A DNA stretch of 64,000 nucleotides from an uncultured bacterium (GTDB lineage: Bacteria > Lernaellota > Lernaellaia > Lernaellales > Lernaellaceae). The DNA lies in NCBI GenBank assembly GCA_964534375.1, contig CAZHPN010000006.1:2787-66786 (forward strand), written 5' to 3'. The notes beneath the pieces were generated by a model. It saw only the letters and a program-made list of their open reading frames with translations. It was not told the origin of the DNA and did no database searches. This document shows, piece by piece, positions 57,398 through 64,000 of this stretch. Numbering within the stretch: the stretch's first letter is position 1; every line of letters begins with the position of its first letter. Made by a program: the position numbers and the translations under genes.

Positions 57398-57427
57398 TTG
57401 ACATTTGCCTCTCGTTCGTATTATAAA
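57398..57427 (+). promoter_or_regulatory. Near-consensus sigma70 promoter (TTGACA ... TATTAT/TATAAA)
   Basis: TTGACAtttgcctctcgttcgTATTATAAA. The ORF track reads this promoter as the start of a fake ORF (MTFASRSYYK). Confidence 0.55.
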
Positions 57428-57550
57428 CCCGGGCGGCGATCCGGGGGTGCGGGCGCCGAGAGGCAACGGTATGCGTTCGTGGTAAGTTGGCGCCGCAGGC
57501 GAATTCGAGGGAGTTGGCGACTCGATCGCCCCTCCACGAGGCAAACAGGT

Positions 57551-58066
57551 TTGAGTCACCGCTGGCCGATCGCCGCCCTTGTCGCGCTGCTGCTGTCTGC
57601 GCCGCTGGTTGCGTACGCCGGCTGCAAATGGGATCTGCCGTCGGAAGTTTTCGAATACTTCCACGAAACGTCCGCCAAGGCCGATTGCAACAACTACGAA
57701 TACAAATTCGCCGATCTCAAGGGCGAAAAACCGTATGCCATCATTGTGTCCCAGTACGAACGCTCGTGCGACAACCGGTACTGCGACACCGAAATTTTCG
57801 AAAAACGCGGCTCGACCTGGGTCCATATCGCGACGGTCCCCGGCCGCGTCAAAGTTGTCGAGACGAAAACGAACGGCTACCACGACATCCTGACCCTGCT
57901 GCTAGGCCGGCTTTACCTCTATGTCTGGGATGGAACTACGTATCTCGACATGATCGGCCTCGCCGCGGCCAGCGAACAAATGCTGCTGCTGCAGGGCCCG
58001 AACGCTGCGACGCCTCAGCCGGTCCAGCCGGAACAATCGCCCACACCTAGACCGAACAAGAAATAG
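57551..58066 (+). CDS. Small lipoprotein (hypothetical)
   Basis: TTG start with GAGG SD. Signal plus lipobox PLVAYAGC. A Cys-rich mature part (CKWD...CNNYEY...CDNRYCDTE). Follows a structured leader of about 120 nt. Confidence 0.45.
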   Translation: MSHRWPIAALVALLLSAPLVAYAGCKWDLPSEVFEYFHETSAKADCNNYEYKFADLKGEKPYAIIVSQYERSCDNRYCDTEIFEKRGSTWVHIATVPGRVKVVETKTNGYHDILTLLLGRLYLYVWDGTTYLDMIGLAAASEQMLLLQGPNAATPQPVQPEQSPTPRPNKK

Positions 58067-58089
58067 CCGCCCCGTCGCCCGCGCCGCCG

Positions 58090-59580
58090 TCAGCCCCCGC
58101 AACCGTGGTGGGCCGGCTTGCGGCCTCCGCTCGCATGCGGGGTCAAATCGTCATCGGCGCCGGCGGCGTCGCTATCGTCGTCATTGGCGTTGTTGTCGTC
58201 GTCATCGGGGACGTTGCCCGGGCCGCCGTAATAGAAATTAACGAGCCAGGCGGGATCGCCGGAGTTGTCGTTGATTGCGCCAATGTTCCAGAGGGTGGGG
58301 ATCGTGGCGTCGCCGACCAGCCCGGTATCGTCATTCCAGTTCAGATTTGCGTCGCGATACTTGATCTGGCTCACGAACGCCGCGTACTGATAGCCCGCGT
58401 TTGGAAAACGTCCGCTGCCCATCTGCGTGCTGGTGTGGATCCCGCCGGTCTGATCGTCCACCAGTTCGCCGCCGAATTGCGGGCTGGAGGCTCCGTCGGC
58501 GAGTCCGACCGGGCTGAACAAGCTGTTCGGATAATAGCCGACCGCCTTCCCGCCGACGTACAGCCACCAGTCGCCGGTTCCCGCATCGCGCACCATGCCC
58601 AACGTGACGGCGTATTGCGTTCCGCCGAACGAACTGTAATTGGGCAAGGGGCCGCCGATGACGACGCTGCTGTCCTGCTGGACAAAAATGCCGCCGTCGA
58701 GATTGTAATACCCGGTGTTGTAACCATCTTGCGTCGAAAAAATGAAAAGGTTCGTGTTGTCGTTGCCGTAAATAAGATAACAGTGCTGCAATCCGGTTTC
58801 GGCGCTTTGCAGGTTGCTGCCGGCGCCGTTGACGGCCCACAATTGCACCAGGGTAAACTCGTTGTGCTCCTCCACGTACTGATGCCACAAATTGAAGGTC
58901 GCCTGCAGTCCCGTGTGCACGGTGTTGTAATCCGCGGCGACCGTGTATTGGTGCGGCGGACCGCTCGACTCCGGCGCCAGATCGTCAGGGCGCTTCTTGA
59001 ATATGTCTTGCAACGTCCGGAAACGATAGTAGGTCTCCACCGGACGGATCAACTTCGGAAATGAGCCCGCCGGGCACTCCCGCACGGCGCCGTCTTCATC
59101 AAGCGAAGAATCCAAGCCCGAGTCGCGCACCGGAATCGGCCCGTTGCCGCCGCCGATTGCCGTGTCGGGGGCGGCTTCTGGCGGCGGCGGTAGGACGTTC
59201 GGATCCCCGCCGGCAACGACCAACGCGCGCTGGCTGTTGACGGCGACGCAAACAATCTGCTCGCCATCGCGCAATTTGAATCTGTGCACGGCCTCGCCGT
59301 CGGCGACGAACGCGCGGCGCCAAGCGTTGATTTTGATGAATTCCTCGACTGACTGTACGGCAAAATCGGGCATCGTTGCGCGGGCGGCCTCGTAACGTTG
59401 ACGCCACTCGTCGCGGTCCGCCGTGGTCAAGGCGGCGGCGACATCGCCGGCGTAAAGGCCCTGCGCCCAGGCGGCGCTCGCCGCGGCGACGATGAAGATC
59501 GCGATGGCGCCCATGGCGCCGTTTCGCAACTGACGGCCGAACTTCGCCACGATGCCTCCGAACCACCGGAAAATAGTCAT
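58090..59580 (-). CDS. Neprosin / DUF239-family (glutamic peptidase G3-like) secreted protein with a C-terminal poly-Asp/Asn tract ending ...HHGCGG
   Basis: Signal peptide (MGAIAIFIVAAASAAWA). Neprosin-domain conservation (QYTVAADYNTVHTGLQATFNLW, LVQLWAVNGAGSNLQSAETGLQHCYLIYGNDNTNLFIFSTQDGYNTG, WWLYVGGKAVGYYP). C-terminus PDDDDNNANDDDSDAAGADDDLTPHASGGRKPAHHGCGG-stop. Only 4 nt after the stop of the Cys-rich repeat gene. Confidence 0.7.
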   Translation of the reverse strand: MTIFRWFGGIVAKFGRQLRNGAMGAIAIFIVAAASAAWAQGLYAGDVAAALTTADRDEWRQRYEAARATMPDFAVQSVEEFIKINAWRRAFVADGEAVHRFKLRDGEQIVCVAVNSQRALVVAGGDPNVLPPPPEAAPDTAIGGGNGPIPVRDSGLDSSLDEDGAVRECPAGSFPKLIRPVETYYRFRTLQDIFKKRPDDLAPESSGPPHQYTVAADYNTVHTGLQATFNLWHQYVEEHNEFTLVQLWAVNGAGSNLQSAETGLQHCYLIYGNDNTNLFIFSTQDGYNTGYYNLDGGIFVQQDSSVVIGGPLPNYSSFGGTQYAVTLGMVRDAGTGDWWLYVGGKAVGYYPNSLFSPVGLADGASSPQFGGELVDDQTGGIHTSTQMGSGRFPNAGYQYAAFVSQIKYRDANLNWNDDTGLVGDATIPTLWNIGAINDNSGDPAWLVNFYYGGPGNVPDDDDNNANDDDSDAAGADDDLTPHASGGRKPAHHGCGG

Positions 59581-59591
59581 CGGCGTCCGGC

Positions 59592-61871
59592 CTAGCAACC
59601 GCAGCCCGTCCTGCCGTCGCTGCCACTGACGGAGCGCGGGTGGGGCGGCGAGACGTCGTCATCGGCCTGCGACGTGTCGTCATCGTCGTTGTCATCGTCA
59701 TCGTCGGTCGTGTCGTTGTCGTCATCGTCATCGTCGTCGGTCGTGTCGTTGTCGTCATCGTCATCGTCATCGTCGTCGTCGGTCGTGTCGTTGTCGTTGT
59801 CGTTGTCGTTGTCGTCATCGTCATCGTCGTTGTCGTTGTCGTTGTCGTCGTCGTTGTCGTTGTCGTCGTCGTTGTCATCGTCGTCGTCGTTGTCATCGTC
59901 ATTGTCGTTGTTGTCGTTGTCGTCGTCGTTATCGTCGTCGTCAACGCCGGGCACGCATTGGCCGCCTTGGCAGTGGTCGCCCGAGACGCAGGCGCTGCAT
60001 TCGCCCCCGCCCGAGCCGCAGTTGTCATCGGCGTTGCCGCCCCAACATTGATTGCTGGCGCAGCAGCCGTTCGGGCAGGCCTGCGGATTGCAAACGCAGG
60101 CGCCGCTCAGGCACTCGGTCCCCGCGGCGCAAGTCACGCATGCCGCCCCGTTGGCGCCGCACGCGGCGACCGTGTCGCCTGCGACACACTGCGTGCCGCT
60201 GCAGCAGCCGGTTTGGCAGTCGGTGGAATCGCAATACCCAACACACTCCCCGCCGACGCAATGATTGCCCGCGCTGCAGGCGGTGCATGCGCCGCCGGCC
60301 GTGCCGCACGCGCTGTCGGCGTCGCCGGTGGCGCATTGATTGGTTTGGCAGCAGCCGCTCGGGCAGGCTTGCGGATCGCAAGTGCACTGGTTGTTGACGC
60401 ATTCGGTTCCGGTGGCGCATGGCGCGCACGCCGCTCCCCCTGCGCCGCACGCGTCGTTCGCGGTTCCCCCGAGGCAGGTCGCGCCGCCGCAGCAGCCGTT
60501 CGAGCAGTCGGTCGAATCGCAATACGGCGTGCACTGATTCGCGGTGCAATGATTGCCGGCGACGCACGCGACGCACACGACGCCGCCCGTGCCGCACGCG
60601 CCGTCGACGTCGCCGGCCTGGCACTGGTTGTTGGCGCAGCAGCCGGCCGTGCACGAACCGGCATCGCAAACGCAAGCGCCGTTGACGCACTCCGTTCCCG
60701 CAGCGCACGTCGCGCAGGCTGCGCCGTCGACGCCGCACGCGCCGTTGTCGTTGCCCCCGAGGCATTGCGCACCGCTGCAGCAGCCGGTCTGGCAATCGGT
60801 GGAATCGCAATACGCGACGCATTGTCCATTCGTGCATTGCGTGCCCGCCGTGCAAGCGACGCACGACTCGCCGGAACCGCCGCACGCCGCTTCGGAGGCG
60901 CCGTCTTGGCAGGTGTCCGAGCCGTCGCAGCAGCCCGACGGACAGGTGAGCGGATCGCAGGCCGGCAGGCACGCGCCGGCTGCGCATTGCTGATATTGGT
61001 CGCACGCGACGCACGCCGCGCCGCCGGCGCCGCAGTAAGCGCTCGTGTTGCCGGTCATGCAGGACGTGCCGTTGCAGCAGCCGGAGGCGCAATCCTGGGC
61101 GTTGCAGTACGCGGCGCATTGGCCTCCCTGACAGTGCGTGCCGGCGCGGCAGGCGATGCAGGCTGCGCCCGACGCGCCGCAAGCGCCGTCGGCCGTTCCC
61201 GTCAAACATTCCGTGCCGCTGCAGCAGCCGGTTTGGCAATCGGTGGCGTCGCAATAGGCCACGCAGGCTTGGTTCAGGCACTTGTAGCCCGTCCCGCAAA
61301 CGGCGCAGGCCGCCCCGCCCGTCCCGCACGCGTTGTTTGCGGTTCCCGCCTCGCACGCCGTGCCGCTGCAGCAGCCGGTCGCACAATCCTGGGAACTGCA
61401 GTACGGCGCGCATTGCTGGTTGACGCAAATCTGTCCGTTCGCGGCGCAATTCTGGCAGGTCTGGCCGCCGGCGCCGCACTGCGAATCGCCCGTTCCCGGC
61501 GAGCATTCGTTGCCGACCGTGCAGCAGCCAGTGGTGCAATAATCGATGCATTCTTCGCCGCCGCTGCACTCCCCGCCGACGCAGGTTTCGCCGTAGTCGA
61601 GGCAGTTCTCGCAGTAGCCGCCGCCCATGCCGCAGGCGGTGTCGGAATTCCCGGGCATGCACGTGCTGCCGCTGCAACAGCCGTAGCACGTGCCGCAGCT
61701 TCTCGTCCCGTCCGCGTCGTAGTCGAGCGCGCGGTCTGGCGCGGAGATTGCCGGCGCGGACGAGCGGCCGGCGCTTCGCTTCGCGGGCTCGCTAAAACAG
61801 GAAATCCATAGCGCGGGGAGCAACACGACAACGATCATCAGCCAGGATGCGGCGGGCGGACTTTTCTTCAC
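59592..61871 (-). CDS. Secreted Cys-rich tandem-repeat protein (about 15 repeats of roughly 38 aa) with a poly-Asp/Asn C-terminal tract of about 100 aa ending ...TGCGC
   Basis: Signal peptide MKKSPPAASWLMIVVVLLPALWIS. Repeat unit similar to C-x2-YCx3-DC-x2-GCC-x-G-x2-C-x2-G-x4-ACG-x2-G-x2-C-x2-C-x2-G-x2-C-x2-G-x-C. Then VDDDDNDDDNDNNDND...DDDVSPPHPRSVSGSDGRTGCGC-stop (TAG). Confidence 0.7.
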   Translation of the reverse strand: MKKSPPAASWLMIVVVLLPALWISCFSEPAKRSAGRSSAPAISAPDRALDYDADGTRSCGTCYGCCSGSTCMPGNSDTACGMGGGYCENCLDYGETCVGGECSGGEECIDYCTTGCCTVGNECSPGTGDSQCGAGGQTCQNCAANGQICVNQQCAPYCSSQDCATGCCSGTACEAGTANNACGTGGAACAVCGTGYKCLNQACVAYCDATDCQTGCCSGTECLTGTADGACGASGAACIACRAGTHCQGGQCAAYCNAQDCASGCCNGTSCMTGNTSAYCGAGGAACVACDQYQQCAAGACLPACDPLTCPSGCCDGSDTCQDGASEAACGGSGESCVACTAGTQCTNGQCVAYCDSTDCQTGCCSGAQCLGGNDNGACGVDGAACATCAAGTECVNGACVCDAGSCTAGCCANNQCQAGDVDGACGTGGVVCVACVAGNHCTANQCTPYCDSTDCSNGCCGGATCLGGTANDACGAGGAACAPCATGTECVNNQCTCDPQACPSGCCQTNQCATGDADSACGTAGGACTACSAGNHCVGGECVGYCDSTDCQTGCCSGTQCVAGDTVAACGANGAACVTCAAGTECLSGACVCNPQACPNGCCASNQCWGGNADDNCGSGGGECSACVSGDHCQGGQCVPGVDDDDNDDDNDNNDNDDDNDDDDDNDDDNDNDDDNDNDNDDDDDDNDNDNDNDTTDDDDDDDDDDNDTTDDDDDDDNDTTDDDDDNDDDDTSQADDDVSPPHPRSVSGSDGRTGCGC
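59650..59945. repeat. Long imperfect (GAC/AAC/GAT)n trinucleotide tract (about 300 bp) encoding poly-Asp/Asn
   Basis: Plus strand gtcgtcatcgtc/gttgtcgtt... units throughout. Similar tracts at 49403-49722, 50806-50940 and 58141-58210. Confidence 0.9.
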
Positions 61872-61902
61872 GTCGTTCGACCTCTAGGTTCGAAGATAAT
61901 CG

Positions 61903-62210
61903 TCATGTTGCCGGCGGCTTCCCCACGCTCTTCAGGGCGCGATTCAGATAGGCGAGTTTTTGCGCGTCGTCGGCGGCGTCAAATTGGCCTTTGCAAACGG
62001 GGCACATAAAACCGATGCGCCAACCTCTGAAATCGGAAAAAAACGTCGGCGCTTCCGGCTTGCCGGCGACGGGTTTGCCGGAGACCGGGCAAATGGAATT
62101 GGCGACCAACGCCGGCTTTGACTCGTCGCCGGCGGCGATCGACGACGTAATCGCCGACGCGCCAAAGAGAATAGCGCCGGCGACCAGCAGGCAGACAAAC
62201 CGCGTGAACA
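61903..62210 (-). CDS. Small secreted YHS/TRASH-like metal-binding domain protein
   Basis: Real start MFTRFVCLLVAGAILFGASA (signal). ICPVSGKPV...FMCPVCKGQFD resembles YHS-domain CxxC motifs. The track ORF is over-extended upstream. Confidence 0.45.
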
Positions 62211-62219
62211 TTGCATCCC

Positions 62220-63008
62220 CTACCAGAACATGATGGCGAAGCCGCGCTCGGCCAAGCGAAAACCGACGCTGGCGTGGCCGATCCAATTGTTCGCCGCCGC
62301 GGCGATCAACGCAAGCCAGCAGCCGGAAAATACAATCAAGCATGAGAGAATTCGCTCGCGCCACGGCGCGGGACGCGCCGGCGCGAACGTCGGCGCCATG
62401 CCGAACGGGTAGATGACCGCGCTGGTCATCCAGACCTGCAACACCATCAACAAGGCGCCGTGCATCGGGCTTTGCGTGCTGGCGGCGAGCGAAAGCGTCC
62501 AAAGTGTGATCATGCAAGGCATCAGCCCCATCGCCATGCCGAGGAAAAACTTTTGGCGGTAGCCCGGCGTATTTTGCAAACGGTTGGCCAGCCCGCCTAA
62601 CATGCGCCCCCACCAGGGATTCCCGGCGCCCTCGGCCAGTCGCGCGAGGCCCGACAGACGCAACGCGCCATAGGTGATGAGGAACGCGGCGACCAGCAAG
62701 CCGGTGATTTTGACGATCTGCGCGAGGACCGACTGCAGCGCCGCGCCGCCCAGGCCGGCCAATGCGCCCAGGACGGCGTACGTCAGCGAGCGGCCAAGCT
62801 GGTAGCACGTCACAAGCAGCGCCGAACCGAACAGGCGTTTTCGTCGCGGCGTGTTCGAGTTCAAACGTTCGCGAAGGCCGCCGCCGATGTCCAGGCCGAC
62901 CACAATCGGGCCGCACATGCCGGAGCAATGCAAACTGATCCAGACGACGCCGACGCCGAGAAGCTGGGCGTATTGCGGATGCTCGCCGAGGGTGAAGACG
63001 TCATTCAT
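62220..63008 (-). CDS. DsbD_2 / UreH-like (HCxxMCGP) polytopic membrane protein, putative metal transporter
   Basis: 262 aa. Six to seven TM helices with the family-typical HCSGMCGPIV motif in TM1 and a second Cys/Met-rich helix (GLMPCMITLW). Confidence 0.55.
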   Translation of the reverse strand: MNDVFTLGEHPQYAQLLGVGVVWISLHCSGMCGPIVVGLDIGGGLRERLNSNTPRRKRLFGSALLVTCYQLGRSLTYAVLGALAGLGGAALQSVLAQIVKITGLLVAAFLITYGALRLSGLARLAEGAGNPWWGRMLGGLANRLQNTPGYRQKFFLGMAMGLMPCMITLWTLSLAASTQSPMHGALLMVLQVWMTSAVIYPFGMAPTFAPARPAPWRERILSCLIVFSGCWLALIAAAANNWIGHASVGFRLAERGFAIMFW

Positions 63009-63496
63009 ATGTATTTAAGGAATGGCCCCTTGTGGCCGCATTCGTTGTCGGACGACGGATCTTTTGTCTTATTTTGACCACGACGCGATTGAAAAACAAG
63101 CGAGAAATCAAACACTATTGCCCGCCAGAGCGATTCCGCGCGAGGCCGGCAACCCGGAGGTGTTCGAGGCGTTTCTCCTATTAATCAGAACGCTTACAGA
63201 TGACTGTAAGTAAAATATACACCGGTGTTGATTAAATAATCACTACGAAAATTCTCAATTATTACAGAATGTTACACTGATTATGGCGCAACTTGGCGCA
63301 CCCGTACTAGTGAAAAAATTTACACATCGTCTTTCTGATGTGTAACTCACCAACAACAGTGAATGAATCGCCATTCACCGTAAGTTGTTGAAATATATGA
63401 ATATACGGAGTTTATTTACGACGTGATTCGGCGGTGCCCGAGTTGGCACGCTTCTTGGAGAGTAGCTAGGTCGGCAGCTTGAAGGAGGGTACGAAG

Positions 63497-63589
63497 ATGG
63501 TGGCAGTCTTGATGGCAATCACGGTGGCGGTGGCGGTTGTCGCCGGAATTTACAACGAACAGAAAGGGGGTTCGCCATGCCGTTCGCAA
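63497..63589 (+). CDS. Candidate 31-aa hydrophobic small peptide (leader / small membrane protein)
   Basis: Strong SD GAAGGAGGG 7 nt upstream of the ATG. MVAVLMAITVAVAVVAGIYNEQKGGSPCRSQ-stop. Overlaps the start of the next gene in another frame. Confidence 0.25.
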
Positions 63590-64000
63590 TAATCATCGTA
63601 GGGTTCCTCGTGGCGGTTGCGGTTGACGCGCTGATCATTAAACAGCTGGCCGGTAAAAAAGCCAAGGTCCTCGCCAAGCAGGAAGCGATCGACCATTACA
63701 TCGCGCCGAAGGTCGAAGAATCGCAGGACCTGCTGTTCCACCAGGGACACACCTGGGTGCGCGTCGTCCGGGCGGTGGTGGAAGTCGGCCTCGACGATTT
63801 CACGCGGCGTTTGGTCGGCCCGGTCACCAAGATCGACGTTCCGGAAGTGGGAACCAAACTGGTGAAGGGCAAGACGGCGTGGACGATCCATTTCGGCGAT
63901 CGCACCCTGACGCAATTGGCGCCGATTACCGGTCGCGTGATCGAACGAAATCGCGAAGTGTTGGATTCACCAGCCAAGCTGGGGGGGTCCGTTTACAAAG
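63577..64000 (+). CDS. Membrane-anchored glycine-cleavage-H-like (lipoyl/biotinyl-fold) protein, 3'-truncated by the window
   Basis: MPFAIIIVGFLVAVAVDALI (TM) then HTWVRVV...VEVGLDDF...GPVTKIDVPEVGTKLVKGKTAWTIHF, resembling the GcvH fold. The frame is open to the window end, so it is absent from the ORF track. Confidence 0.4.
   Translation, partial: MPFAIIIVGFLVAVAVDALIIKQLAGKKAKVLAKQEAIDHYIAPKVEESQDLLFHQGHTWVRVVRAVVEVGLDDFTRRLVGPVTKIDVPEVGTKLVKGKTAWTIHFGDRTLTQLAPITGRVIERNREVLDSPAKLGGSVYK

Noticed and set aside
58030-58092. Possible stop-codon read-through of the neprosin-like gene into a MYXO-CTERM-like TM and Arg tail
   Set aside because: The frame after the TGA reads RRRGRRGGYFLFGLGV, but the Arg run precedes the hydrophobic stretch (the wrong order) and the region is the antisense of the 3' end of the convergent lipoprotein gene. 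Frames after the other two GCG[GC]-stops are not hydrophobic either.
59640-61811. 723-aa plus-strand ORF rich in Val/Ala/Arg
   Set aside because: It is the antisense frame of the Cys-rich repeat gene and its (GAC)n tract. Codon periodicity and the signal peptide support the minus-strand gene.

Overview
This is a high-GC (about 65-70%) bacterial chromosomal segment, densely coded on both strands, with no rRNA, tRNA or CRISPR recognisable by eye. Gene content by region: (1) 1-5.5 kb, an alternative-complex-III-like quinol oxidoreductase module on the minus strand (TAT-exported Mo-bisPGD/4Fe-4S ActB-like protein, NrfD-like ActC, DUF3341-like ActD and a second NrfD-like subunit) with no adjacent multihaem cytochrome; (2) 5.8-22 kb, metabolism and housekeeping genes (ThDP enzyme, M29 aminopeptidase, imidazolonepropionase-like, ArsR plus thioredoxin, a GlcDEF-like FAD-oxidase/Fe-S operon, acyl-CoA dehydrogenase); (3) 22.4-29.3 kb, a pyrG-carA-carB operon in which pyrG carries an N-terminal excisionase-type HTH extension and a low-GC four-helix-bundle gene flanked by inverted heptamer-repeat arrays sits between carA and carB; (4) 29.4-45.2 kb, an ABC-transporter-dependent (Wzm/Wzt) polysaccharide cluster with eight glycosyltransferases, three methyltransferases, AsnB, an alpha-1,2-fucosyltransferase and GDP-L-fucose synthase; (5) 46.4-61.9 kb, a cluster of secreted and lipoprotein enzymes (FGE-sulfatase-domain protein, GH92, GH2, neprosin-like peptidase, a roughly 15x Cys-rich tandem-repeat protein) that share poly-Asp/Asn linkers, three of them ending in a bare C-terminal GCGG or GCGC; (6) 61.9-64 kb, a metal-handling pair next to an AT-rich palindromic regulatory island. 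The strongest candidates for undescribed biology are the acidic-spacer plus terminal-Cys C-terminal tag and the rRNA-IVS-like stem-flanked gene cassette embedded in the carAB operon.
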